The notes beneath the pieces were generated by a model. The model ran no database searches, had not been told where the DNA came from, and was given only the letters and a program-made list of their open reading frames with translations. A stretch of 64,000 bases of DNA from Anthoceros angustus (lineage: Eukaryota > Plantae > Anthocerotophyta): contig VJWM01000186.1 in NCBI GenBank assembly GCA_010909165.1, positions 62,001 to 126,000 on the forward strand, given 5' to 3'. Positions within the stretch are counted from its first letter, which is position 1. Each line of letters begins with the position of its first letter. The position numbers and the translations under genes are program-made. Below are positions 35,801-49,339 of the stretch, piece by piece.

Positions 35801-38800
35801 CGTCGCGACAACCAACCTCATCCGGTAAATAGCTCCTCCTCTATTGTTCAATTCACGCAATGCTCCAACTCGCATCCGTCGGTGGGAGGTTCCGATCTCG
35901 GCGTCGTCAAAATCAACTCCTCGCCATCTCGCCCTCGCCTCTTACCTTCTGGGCCGTCTTGATGAGGCCGCTTCAGTCGCCGATGTCGAATGAAGACCCG
36001 GTGGGTGCGGGGATGACCCGACGAGGCGGTTGCCCCCATCCTCCCCACCCGGTACGGTCCATCGTCGTCGGCGCGTAGTGTGCACGCGCGCACGCGACGC
36101 AAGCCTCTGCCGCCTCTCCACCTTGAACCGGTTGTCCACCGCCTTCGTTCCATCTTTGAAGGCCTTCCCTCTCGGGTGAGCGCGGGCCATGAGTCCCATG
36201 CGCATTCAAGGCACCATTTTGAAAAAGCTTGTTTTGCAAAAGGCCGGTGGTCATTCACTATCGGACATTGTGCACTGCTACTTGCCCATAATCCGGTTTC
36301 GACCACAACCTCGACTGTGGAGCAATTTTCATGTCCCATTGGTTACGTTGTCGTTACTCGTGATGTATGATATTGCCCAAATGGCGCTCTCAATGCCCCC
36401 ATTACTCCATTTTAACTAATCATCGACTTCCTCGACCATTCCCACACGTCACTTGGGTATTGGCACATTCCGCCATTGGATCATGCTTGTTTGTTTGGAA
36501 ATACTTTAATGCCCACTTGGCATCTTGGTTTTGCCCCATCCGTTCACTACTCAAGCGACATGCCACAATCTATGTGCGGTATGGGTTCCTCCTCTCCATC
36601 CCTCGCCGGAGTAGGCACGGCCAAGGCCCACCCTGTTTCCATCCACTCTCCGGATGCATCATGCGAGTTACTGCGATGGCCACACAAATGGACCATCGAT
36701 GGAGTGCACCTGTACCGGAAACCTTCTCGGTATTCACAAGGTCAAACCCGTTATCGACTTCCGTGATGGCCTTGTCCTCTGGCCGACATCGTACCATCAA
36801 CCTTCAGTGGATTATACTCCTCAGAAGCGCATCCATGATATTTGCTCTATGTGGCCGTAGAAGGCGCTCCTCTTGAGCTCCCGGCAGCTCCCACCCATAA
36901 ACTTTGCGCTGCTGCACTATCTTTTGTGCTCCGCCGCGTTTATGCCTCCGCTGATGAGGTGGCTGCCTTTGTTCCACATGTGACTATGTGCGATTGCACG
37001 CGGGCCATCCATTATAGCCCTCACTTGGGTCATAGCAGATGCCTCCCAAGCGCTCACCGCCCTTCTGCACCCACCTCTTGAAACTTCGTCGTTCCTCATG
37101 TGCACCGTACATCCTCACCTCTTCGTCGTACATGTCCAAAAGCGGCTGCATCACCTTCGTGTGATACACATAGTATGGGCTGGCGCACCTCAGCGGCATC
37201 CATTGTATGCAGACGGCCGACACCCAGACTTTTCTCCCACACGGTCCTCGGGACTCCATGATCCACGTGACCATAGCGCGGAGGAATGACATGCATACTG
37301 CCTCTCCTCTCTCTCCCCACGGCTATCTTGGACTCTGGTTTTGTGGCGCCTTATCCGCTTCTGGATCCTAAGTATCTCTCCACCGGGTACATCCACAGTG
37401 TGCACAATCAACCTCGTCCACTAAATGTATTATGAGGTGGGTTGATATATCAAAGACCTTTGGAGGAATTGCTTTTCGAGCACATCACCCATGACCTCTT
37501 CTCGTTGTGCTTGAATTTCATGGCATTGTCCATTGGCAAATCCATCTGTCTGATCGACCCAATTTCACAACCGCCTTGTACACCTCTGGGTCTATGCACC
37601 CCGAAGGACGATGGGAAGATGATTTCCGGCATGATGTGCGATCATGGCACTTCAACCACTTTGCCCCTCTAATTTCGCTCCTATGTTAGACCCATAGCAC
37701 TGGGCTTTATGCGTTTAATTCTCTCTCTATGACTTGGCGGAGGTCGTCTTTCGCCAAAGCGTAAGGCGCCTCGGGGCAATGGATCCTCTCCTAAGCCACA
37801 ACCACCTTTTCCCTCCATTGGCTTCCATGTCCATCCTTGATGCTAGGTCGTCTCGCTCTCCCGTCAAAGTGTGCCATATATCTGCATTGTTCTTTTCCAC
37901 GTGCATGACATCCTTTGGCGCCATCACAAGAAGGTGGCGCCAATATGGGAGCACCCTAAGCAGAAGACATCGGCGTTCCAAAATTTCCTCATTGCGGATC
38001 TCGGGTGGCGCACCTTCTCTGCGTATATATCTGTCACCACATCATCAAGCGTTGGTGGCACAGGTGGGGGACGGAGTTCCGCCCGTCCATCGTAGTCCAT
38101 GTCTTCCCACCGTCGCTATCGCCTTGACCACCTCCTGCCAACATAAACTGCTTTTTAAGATGAGAATAGCGGGAATCCAGTCCGGCCAATAATCCACACA
38201 CGGGTCCCTTTCACTTGCAATCCGGTCGGTGCCCAACCACAGGTAGTCGGCAATAATGACACCCTTCGCACCTAAAATGCCTCCTAGGATCGTTCACGGT
38301 ATTGAAAAGTCTTCCATGTCCACCTCTCCACAACTCTTCCGGTTCTTCTACCGCCATATAAACATCAAAATTTTTACCATGCGGTCTGGTACAATGAGAG
38401 GCATGATGACATGGGTCCTTAGCCCAGGAGGCATGTTGTGAGCGAATAGCATAAGCGGCCATATGGACGTGTTGGCACTGTGACCAAAGGGGTTGAAGCC
38501 GTCATGCATAATGCCAACCTCAAGTTGCGAGGTTCATCCCGAACCCTTCAAGCATCAAATACTCTCCATGTTGGGGTGTACGCCATCATGGACATGTCCC
38601 CATTCTCGCTTTGCCTCCCGGCGTACCAAGTCATCATCATGCTATTTCGCATTACGATGCGTTTCAATCGCGTCTTAGAGGAAATGCCGGAGGACCTTCG
38701 AAACGGTCTCGCTCATCAAACCCTTCCTTGTACCGCGTGCCACTGAGGGCAATGGGCGCTGCCATACTCACCCCGAATAGAATACAATCTTTTCACAAGC

Positions 38801-41800
38801 ATGGATTTTCACGTATCTTGGCCCAAACATGTGCAACATGACTTTGCCTCGTACATGTCCTTGGCTTGTTGGGCGGCAAAATATCCACACTTAAGAGCTT
38901 TAAAAGTGCGTCACGACGTCAGCGATGTCATACATCGTTTGCCAGGCAACAAGATGTTGCGCTTAGCCTTTCTTTCGATTGGACTTCCTCTTCAATGTGG
39001 TATAACGTTTCGCCTCGACAGCGGTACACTGGACTCCATCCTGCGCCGCAACATCCGTGGCTTCCAACTCGTCCTGTGTACGCCGGGCATATCATCACCT
39101 CCGAACCCTCATCCATACTTTCGTCGTCGGAACTACTAGTGTGGTCGGTAGGATGGCCATTCGTTCCTGTCGGACCCATCGAGCCCGATCCGAATCCGTG
39201 GGGCGGACGCCTTCAAGACGGCGCTCTTCTATGCGCTCGTGTCGCCGACCGCAAAAACCACCTTAAAGCTAGAATTGGAGTGCATTTGCTGGCCATTGAT
39301 GCGAGAGAACTCACACAGCGGGTGCTGGGCAGCGAGTGAATTCTTGAAATGTGTCTTAATCGAGCTGCGAGCTCGACACCATGGTGGCGGGGACAATACA
39401 TGTACATGCATTTCGTGGCATCCTCCCGGTGATCTGGTAGGCACGGCAACCACGGCTGACAAAGGTGGTACATCCGTTATCCGAACGCCCGTCCCCACGG
39501 TGTGCTATCATGACTTCATGACCCATAAACACGACGACACGTAGGGTGGGCGTGCTTGCGAAACCATGGACGGAAGCACAAACGCGTCACACCTTATGGA
39601 GATCCGCCGTCCGTGATGACCCATCGGCGGGTAAGTCGACCGATCGATCGGGCAAAGCGCTGCCGAGGCGATGCACGCATCGACGGCGGCATGTGGACAA
39701 GAACCTCGCGCCTCGGACATGAGCAGCAATTTTGCGACCGAGCCACCACCGTCTTCCAATCCCAACTCGGTAGGAGCACGGTTGGCGAGCACGCCATGGA
39801 TGCACGCAATGTTCGCGATGTAGCTGGCGGCGTGGAAGCTGCCGGTATGTCAGCGTGGTAGCCGACTCTTCCGACGGGGCGGGATTGGGCGTAGTGTAGG
39901 GTGACACGCAATGGAAAGGGAGGATGTCTTGTGGCTAGCTTGGTGGTCGCACCAGCGGTCGGGGATGGTTGACACGCGATCATTGCATTTGGGGATGCGT
40001 GTTTTGATTTAAAGTTGATTACACACAATCCAAAAGTTCGACAACGGCCTTGATCGTCCTAAGCTTGCAAGCAAATGCGAACAAAGCGTTCGGAGGCGCC
40101 TTCCCCTTGGTGTAAACAACCTCCTTCATGTCCACTTCGTCACAAGGAATAGTGTTGAGCTCATTGTCTCAAAGTCTGTCTGACTCCCATGTTGCGTCGC
40201 CATTCACTGAAAGGGCAGACCCGAACCCGCAGAGTGTTCCATCTTTGTCTCCAACGCATCCCAATTCCATTCAGTGAAGTGTGTAGCTTGACCACGGTGG
40301 CGCCGGACGTGAAGCCCCCATCGGCGTTTGTTCTATCGAAGCGACTCAATTTCGAACCTCCTCCTTGGATCGTGGCCTCTGCAGTAGCTCGAATGCGGTT
40401 CGCCTCTTCTTCCCATGGAGGAAATGTGGCTTGACTGGCGGCACTCCGAGCGCCCGGATGCGTCGCCGCCACAGCGATTGCTCCTCCACTTTCCTCTTGC
40501 CTTCGCATCACCCGGGATCGGTCCCTACGGGAGGGTGGCGTGTACATCCCTTACCCTTCTCTCTCAATCTCCCTTTCGCCTTCAACTTCCGAGGCTTGCG
40601 AGCGCGACCGCAATCCTTGCCAATTCTCTCCATCGAGGTATGCAATGGACTGGAATCTAGAGAATGCCTTGTGCATCTAGGAGGGAGGAGACAAAGAGCT
40701 ATAGCACCAATCACCATACTTTGTTTATTACGCGTGACTCGGAAGGGCGTGCAAGCGGTGACTTGTCATGTCCGGTATGAGCGGGCACCAAACCATACCC
40801 ATCCATTCCGCCAAGCGGGCAGGGCAGTCATCGAGTTTTATTGGGTGACGAGAAGTACACGTAGTGATCAAAGAAGAAGGACTTTCCCATCCCGCGTTTA
40901 ATTACGGTAATCATATACCCCACATTGTGAGGTATAAACCGTCCCTAGTCACACGGACGTGATCCGAGGCGGCAGAGCCAAGGCGGCACTCCATACCAGT
41001 CCTTGATGGCCGACAAGAGGAGAGCAACCTCCGTCCATCATCCTTGATGGCCATCGTCATTGTGAGGCTGCTCGTCCTTGATGGGCATCGTCGGTTTCGA
41101 CCGCAACAACGATGTGCAAACACTTCGCAATGATCCACAAACAGCGGTGAGGGAGCGGAATGTTGCGGGTTAAATCAATGCGGATTCCACAACACTTCAC
41201 TGCAGCATGAACTTGCGGGTTGGAGAAAAGGGCCAAACAAAAGTGTTCACATGCGGCGCCTCGGAGCACCAATCCATACCGTGTGCGGTCACGAACACCA
41301 TGCCCGCACCGGTAGAAGGGACCACCTCGCTAGAGAAGGAACCACCTCGCCACCGCAAGCGCCGTGAGGGATAGCAAGGAGACGACTCCCGTGAAGGCGG
41401 GACACGCGCCCAACATTCCCATATGATCCTTGATGGCCATCGCCATATTTCCAGTTAGGCGGTGAAGATGGAGACATGCACACACGCCTCGTCTGCGAGC
41501 TACCGATGGATACCCACGGTGGTTTCGGCAGGCTCGTTGCGGCATACTTGCACATGTCCGTCATAGACGGCAAAGAGCGACGGCGAGGCGTGTTTCCGGA
41601 AGACAAGCTCGCCCTCGGATGCGAAGATGACCAAAACAAAGGTAGTAGCGTGAAGCGAGGGCAAGGTGGTGACATTTAAAGCGGAACACCGACCTTAGGC
41701 AGCCTCTTGTCCTCCGTGCCACATCGGGTTGCGGATGAGAGGATCTTGAATTTCGCCGTTCCTTACATGTGAGAAAGGAGACATGGCGGTGGCATGGCGG

Positions 41801-44800
41801 CCGTCATCGAGCGATGGCGGTTGGCGGTAAATTCATGGAGGCGGTGGCGCGGGGCAAGCGAGCCGGAACACGAAGGTAGATGTCATGTCTCCCAAGGTCC
41901 GGATATCCTTTGCGGACGCGGCCAGAGTGTCAGGCCGTCATTGGCGTCTGCCAAGGTGTGAATACATGACACGTTACGCCATGTGTGATTGGTGGACGCA
42001 CAGGAGTCTCGAGCGATGCACATCATTATATGGGAGAACGAATTGGCATATATGGCAAATTCACATACGGCGGTCCTTCATTCATGGCATAATGAATGGG
42101 GGCATTTAGTTTGCTTGAATGGCTCTCACGTGCCACCTACCGTCCTTGCACAATGGTGTAGAAGCGGATACCGAACGAGCAGGCGCGTCGTCAATGCACG
42201 ACCTTCGGACATGGCATGTTTTCTACCATGCCACGGCTTTTCAAATATTAAATGGCTTCACCACACCTTTCTTGGACAACGGTGGAAGACAAGTTTATCA
42301 CGAGAGATAGGAGCCATTGTCTTTGGTTCATGGCGGTTATCGAAGGCCATGACATTGTCATGGCCTTCAACATAGGGACCATACATGGCATGCATGGAGG
42401 AATGGCGGCATACAAGGTATGCGGTGGCATGGCAAGCATGCCATGCGAAGTCTCCTCCTCTCCTCTTCCTCCTCCCCACCACACGCCCACCCGCACCACT
42501 CCCCACACACCATGGCACCGCCATACCGTCACCACGGCTCGGAATGTGGTCGCGGACATCGTCGCATCGGGCTGGATCGGTAGGCAATGTGGTATGCGAG
42601 AACGGGCAAAGCATAAAAATAGCAAATTAACACATGCATGGTCCGTGGAGCATGGCGGTTCTAAGCTGGTCTTGCCCTTGAAATGGCATGCCACATGGCA
42701 TTCGAAATGGCATTACACTTGTCCTTGGGTCGCCAATAGATGATTAAATGCAAAATTGTCTTATTGGAGGAATTGTCTACAATCATTTGTCCTTGTGTCC
42801 TGGTAATCCACAAAGGGCAAATTTGTCCTTGGCTCTCCAAATGGTCATCCGAATGGCCAAAATTGACATGAGGCAGACATGGTCATGGAATGAGGAACAT
42901 TTGTCCTTGGGTCACGAAATGATCATGCATGATGGGAATGTATTGTCCTTGGACCACGTAATGAACAATGGCATTATTGTCCGTCGATCAAAATGATCTT
43001 CCATAATGGGAAACATTTGTCCTTGGCTTTAAATGGTCATCCGAATGGCCAAAATTGACCGAGGCCAAGATGGTCATGACAAATGAGGAACATTTGTCCT
43101 TGGGTCACGAAATGACCATACATAACGGAATGTTTTGTCCTTGGACCACGAAATGCGCATGAGCAAAGGGAAATTATTTTCCTTCGATGAGGATATGGTA
43201 ATCCATAATGGGCTAAATTTGTCCTTGGATGACGAAAATCGTATAAAACGGATGCCTATATATGCCAAACATGCATGGATGCCATATGTGCCGAATGGTG
43301 TGGTGGACAATCGCGGTTGCGCAGTGTTTTAGGCATGTGAATGCCACATGTACACATATAGGTGGTGGCGCAAACTCCGAGTTTGTGCCGCGAAATCGGC
43401 ATGCATGGCACATGAGCCGGTGGCATGCCCTAGGACTTGCTCGCCTCCCCCTTCTCCTCTTGCCCCTCTTCCCCATCACCAGGTTACCTCACCGCCTTGT
43501 CGGCCATCGTCGCCGAGTTCCTGTTCACTTTGTCGTTATCGGTTGTGCATGCGGTGACTCGGTTGGCCTTCCTCGACCATGGTTTGGGACGTTGACTTTG
43601 AGGATTTGGCTGAAGCTGTCGCTTAAGCCTGGAACAACGCCGCCAATCCGGCGCGGATGTCGGTGCCCATAACGCCGCCGGAAGGAGGAGAGTTGGGGCC
43701 CATCGGCGCGTTGCGCCGAGGGAGAATCGGGCCGGAAAATGGTCCAAGAAGGGGACTTGGCGCGGAGCGGCCCGGCCGGATGGAAGCACGGCGGATGGTG
43801 GAAGCGCGGCAAGTGAGGTGGGCGGTCGTGGAGAAAGCCGATTCCAAGTGAGAGGGTGGATGCCCATGGCGTGGAGCGGCGAGAGAGAGGAGGTGCCGGA
43901 GGAGCCTTCTGAGGAGTGGAGTCTCTCAAGAGGCGATGCTCAGAGCGGGGGAGTGGGTGTCTCCAACGGTGGGGAGCTAACGCTTCTGCTTCAGGAGAGA
44001 TTCGCTGTCGGAGGAGGGATGCCAGGGCGACATCCGGAGGGAACGAGGACATTGGCCTTAGTGAGCTTGAGGGCTGTGTCCAACTTGAGGAGCATGGTGG
44101 TGGTGCACAAGAGGGTGACCCCTGGGCTGAGAGAGATGGCATACGTTTTGTGGACCTTCCGCCGGTGGCGACGGACAACCCCAACAACGTGGCGGGAGAG
44201 GGAGGAGCCTTTGGAGGAGGAGACTGCTGGTGGGCGCGGTTGCGAGGAGGAGGCCAAGGAGCGCATGCCTATGATGGTGAGGAGGGCGGTGAGGAGGACA
44301 CCACGCGAGGATGGGGAGGAGCGAGGAGGAAGATGTGGAGATGGCGGATCGAGGTCGAGGAAGACATGCCGACTACATTGCCACACATGAAATTGGAGAA
44401 TTGAGCACGGCCGGTAAGCCATTAGGGCGATGTCATAGCCGTGTTGTGCTACATGGGCGTGGTGGCGTGTACATGGGCATGAGCCGGTTATGCGATGGAG
44501 GGTGGATAGAGAATGAGGAGGAGGATGAAGAGTCGTCCGATGAGGAAGGACGAGTGAGGAAGGCCTTCCACCAGCGTGTGTTGGAGCTAGTGTGTGCAAA
44601 AATGGAGCTGATGATGCCATGGTCGAGCCACGACGAAAGTTTGCGAGAAAGACTGGTGAGGAAGGTAGAGTATGAGTTTGCAAGTATAGAGCGCGAGGAT
44701 ATTGTGGCCAGGTTTGCAGGTGCATCGCGGACAAGGAACCACAATGTGGGCAAGAAGGTGCGGCAAGCTGCAATTCTGTGGAGGGAGAAGGGGAAGGATG

Positions 44801-46844
44801 CAAAATGGCTGCATCCGCCTAATGTGAGCACGAAGGCATGGAGAAAGGCTGTGGAGCAAGCCGTGGTGACGCAGCATGGGGTGTGTGGCCAACCAGGCCG
44901 CAACGTCGGCAAGAATTGCGCGAGCATGGGACGAATCCCTTTGGTCCAAGAGGAGCAAAGGAGTTCGAGAAACGGTATGTCCAACGCCGGGAGGGGCGCA
45001 ACCTGGATGAGTTGAAGTGGGCAAGGCATGGATTGGACAGACATCTTATCGAGTGGTAAAATAGTCGTTGTGATTAATGGAATGCTTGGTTGTGATATGT
45101 AGGTTTCGCTATGTAGGACGTGGTAGTGATGCGTGTGCATGACCGAGGAAGAAGGGAAGGAAAAGGTGGAAGGTGAAGGCCGGTCGTGAAGGAAGGCAGA
45201 ACCCGGTGGAGAGAAGGAAGATGGAGGGAAGGTGCCAAGCAGGGGCGTCACCGTCAAGTGATGCCGGAGGCAACGTGGATGGTGGGGATCGAGGAGGTGT
45301 GATGGCGATGCCAAGGCGTATCACGATCCGTGTCAAAAGCGTGAGTAGGGTGGCAACTTGAGAGATTGAATGCTATTCGTTTGCCGTCGTAATTGTGGAA
45401 GTGGTGATTTGGCAGCCTATGGGGCCAGGAGTGAAGGGCTAGCCATTGAGGCTAGTGGGTCGAATGCCGCCCACGTAGGTGGACCACACCGGGGCGAACG
45501 AGGAGGTCGAGCGAGGGTCAAGCAAAAGACAACGGTGTTGAAGCGCAAGAGGAGTCGGTGGTGGCGAAGGCGCAAGTGACATAGGAATGGTTGGTACATC
45601 TATGGGTAGGGGGCCGTTTGTGGAGGGGAATGTAATGGTCGAGATGTTTTCCTGCGACGATGGAGTCGCCCGGTGCATGGGTGGACCGTGATGGTCAATT
45701 AGCAACAAACAAGAGGGAATTGGTCTGCCCACCTTTGTAGCCTAGCATTGACATGGGTCCTTTGTGAAAGTGGTTATAGAGGTCATTTGGATAGGTGTAG
45801 GAAGATGTGGAGGAACCCGAAACCATTGGTGTTGGTCCAAGAGTCACCAAGTGACGCGTCGTCGCCGATTCGAGGCACATGTTGGTGGTGCACGGACGCA
45901 TATGCCCATATCACGTGGAGTTCGTATTGCATCGGTGGAAACAAAGGCAAGGGATAGAGGACGTTGAAGTGTCCAAAAATTTGATTTAAATTGTCAATAA
46001 AATCAAACACTTAGATATATAAGGTATGAGAGTGACGTAAGGGTTAGCACATATATATTATTATATAAACAAGTCTTGATGCCTATATATACGTGTACAT
46101 TATACAAAGAGGCATGTAAATACACTAATATAATAGAAGTATAACAGATGGATGTGTACATATAAGCGTACACATACTTATGTCTTGAAGCCTACAAACA
46201 TATATATGTATATTGAGTATATGCAAAGGAGGTAAAAGGAAGGAAGGACAGCAAGCGGAGAGGTCATTGTAACAAGCAAGTTGAAAGAGGAATAGTGGAA
46301 GAGTATAAAATGGCGTGATAGGGGAGGTCCTTCTCACGGTCATGAGGAGGAGAAGTGAAAGAGTATAAAAGGGTGTGATAAGGGGGCAATAAATAGGAGG
46401 GTGAGGTGGAGAGAGACCAAGTATTGTGTTAAGATGGGGTGAGAAGGTGGATAAGAAAAGGACACCTTGAACACCAAGCCACCATAAAGTGTTGCAATTT
46501 TGAAGTGGTACATGAAGTGAGAGACCAAGCATTGTGTTAGGATGGTGGGAGAAGGAAGAGAAAGAATGGACCAACAACCAAGCCATCAAACCATCTTGGA
46601 AGTTGGAAGTGGTACATAAAATTGCAACACGTAACAAGGCGGTGGGAAATTATTAACAATGCTTGTGAGAGGGGTGTACCAAGGGGAGGTGGGAAGAGAG
46701 AGTGCGGGTTCGTGTTAAGATACATTTGCACCAAACGGGACAGAACTAACAAACTTAATACCAACCCTCCAAAACATGTTGCGATGTGGAAGTGTAACAA
46801 AAATTGCAACATCCTTTGTATAAGGGTGCCCTTTTCTAGTAGGG
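32869..46844. mobile_element. Full-length CMC/EnSpm (CACTA-type) transposon, copy B, 13,976 bp
   Basis: TIR CCCTACTAGAAAAGGGCACCCTAT at 32869; AGGGTGCCCTTTTCTAGTAGGG ending at 46844. ATG at 32866-32868 and 46845-46847. Collinear with copy A and with the same flanks. Confidence 0.95.
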
Positions 46845-48750
46845 ATGTCGCCATCCTAAGGGTTTTAGTGGATGGCTCAAAGGCATGAACTAACCGTCTT
46901 GCGGTGGCCTCGTGATGAGGTTCCTCCGACCCAGGTGTCGAGTGCGTTCTTAATCACGCGATTTCTACAGAACCACCGGCGCCCCGGGGTCCGTATGAGA
47001 TACTACCCTTACCTCCACGTTCTTGGCCTTCCGGCCCAAGGAGTTTCGTCGTGGTTGTGTCTCCCTAATGGCCCTCCGGACTTCCTGCCGATACTTCGGG
47101 TTGTCTCTTAACAACTGTCTAAGTGACACCAAGTGTTGTTGGTCCATCATCAAGTCAGCCACCTTGAAAGGCGTGGGTGGCTCCTTTCTTTGAAGTCGCG
47201 TGTCGCCTTGACCCTTCAGTAGCTCTGCCGCCTGTGGTGGTCGGACCACCTAAGTCTGTCGGATCTCTTGCAAGCATCTCCGCCACTTCTCAAACCACAT
47301 CCGGTGGAAGCGGGGTGTTGCCTTGGGTGATCCGTTTCTTCTAACGTTTGGGGGTTTCGTTGGGCTTCCTGCGAGCTGCCCAGTTAACCTCCTTAAACTG
47401 GATCCTCATGCGGGGTGGGCGGTGTGGCTCCCCATTTCTTCGGGGTGGCGTGGCGCAGATCCTCGAGCCGAGTTCCGGACTCAGTCTTGCCATGTGCCTG
47501 CACCTTACAATTCACAGGCGTTCAAAATCCCGTTACTTGCAGTGGGGTATGGACGCGTTGGGGAAGTGCAGGGGTTCCCAGTTCAAGTAGCCACCGAGAA
47601 TTCAGAGGGCTCCCATGCAGTCTTTGCATTGTCGTGCGGAGTGGCCCATGCCGTGGAGTACATCGTCTTGGGATCTGCGGCCCGGTGGTGCTTCTTGCAC
47701 TTGGTAGTCCTCCACTCCTCGGACTCTTCCCGTCGTACTCCACAGTTCCACGAGTGGAGGACGGTTAGCCGAATGCCCATGTTGGTGGCACACGCACACC
47801 ATAGATGGGTCCGAACCGTGGTGGCCGCCTTCCGCGCTCTTTATCCTTCACACGGTTGATCGTCAACTCCTCCACCCTCTTCATTACCCCGCTCGGATCT
47901 TCCCTCAACCCCGCTACTTCTTTCAAAGGGCTGGGTCGGGAACCTTGCCGTGCCGGCATCATAACCTCCTTCTTCTCAACCCTCCGCTTGACTACGGGCT
48001 TTTTCTTCTTATTCCTTCGGCGAGGTTCTTCCTCTTCCATGGCATCCTCGGACTCTTCTTCAGAGTCCTCCTCCTCTTCCTCCGATGCTACCTCGGTATC
48101 ATCATCCTCCTCCTCCGAGGGTTCTTCATCTTTGGATTCTGACCCCCGCTTCTTCTTTTTCTTCTTTCCTCCACAGGCGTCCTCGTCGTTGGTGCATCGA
48201 TTCTTAGTTCTGCCGGACCGTCTTGCTCACATCCTTCTACGCCATGACACGTGCTTAGCCATTGGCTTGGGTAAGCCGGAGAACTAGTCACTTTGCATGG
48301 TGGTGTGGGTGGGATGCGGTCCGAAGAGGCGTGAAACGTTCGATGTTCGATCCAACTTCTTCGTCTTGCCTCGCTTCAGGTTCTCGAGTTTGGACAGGAC
48401 ATAGCCTTCTTGATCGATTCCACGAAATCTTTCCAAGAAGGCATCCTTCAATGCTTCGAAGGTCGCGGGCGGCGTTGGGCGGTACTTCCTCAGTACCACT
48501 AAGCGGCGAAGGACCCTTGGAGCAGTGGATAAAATTTGCATCCGAACCTTCTCCGTTGAAGTTTGCAGACACGAAATCCTCCACGAAGGTTTGACGTCTC
48601 TCCTTCTTACCTCCAAAGAGAATCGCTTGGCAGTGAGGTTGTTGCCATCGCGACCAGCAAGGGTTGAGGAACCGCTCCCCTTACGCCGCTGACTTGGTGC
48701 TACTTCCTCCTCACGATCCAAACCTCTACGTGCTTTCTTGCACATAACCA
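46845..48750 (-). mobile_element. Host Gypsy gag region, right flank of copy B, including the gag core
   Basis: 46845-~48020 matches 25462-~26870. Beyond that, minus-strand ...FNGEGSDA.FI...ATFEALKDAFLERFRGID..VLSKLENLKRGK resembles a Retrotrans_gag core. Confidence 0.75.
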
Positions 48751-48755
48751 GCCTG

Positions 48756-49339
48756 CCAAGGAAGAACTCGTTAATTTCGGACGGACCCAGTGATTGTGCC
48801 GTAAGGGCGAGTTGGAATTAATGAGCCGACAATTGGTGTTAGAGTAGGCGATTGTGGAAAGGAAGGGTAGATGAGTAGAGAAGAAGAGGCGTTGTTGATT
48901 GAGAGAGTTGGAGGAGGATTAGAGTGTAGGAAGAGCGGAAGGCCACAGTGAACCTAAGGGACGAATCCCAAATCTGCAAGTAAGAGGGCGCTCCCTGTGT
49001 GGAGAAGAGTGGTCTTAGGAGTAGGGACGAAGTTGCGGTATGGGTCAGGGGGTCCCTAGGCGCTCGTGATAGACACCTTGCTGTTAAGACGTGACCTGCA
49101 ATTGCGTGATGCCGTTGTAGGTGGAGGCGTGGTGAATTTACGAAGCAGTGCAGGTGGTGTAGCTGCTGTAGAGGGAGCGTGAGAGGCCACCTTGCTTGTT
49201 TAGAAGGCTGAGATAGTGTGTAGCTGCAGGTAGTAACTGATTTCTCAAGATTCGACCGTTCCACAAGTCTCATGGGACAAACCCAACGTGCAAACGATGG
49301 GATAAGTGTGGCCACTAGAGGGTGCATCTCGAGCCCCGG
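48756..49339 (+). mobile_element. Truncated LTR copy (3' portion of the LTR at 54248-55126)
   Basis: ccaaggaagaactcgttaattt..ggacggaccc through gggataagtgtggcc.ctagaggg aligns with ~54557-55110. Confidence 0.88.

Noticed and set aside
44433-45314. 293-aa minus-strand ORF
   Set aside because: Antisense shadow of the plus-strand TnpA-like frame; broken at different places in copy A.
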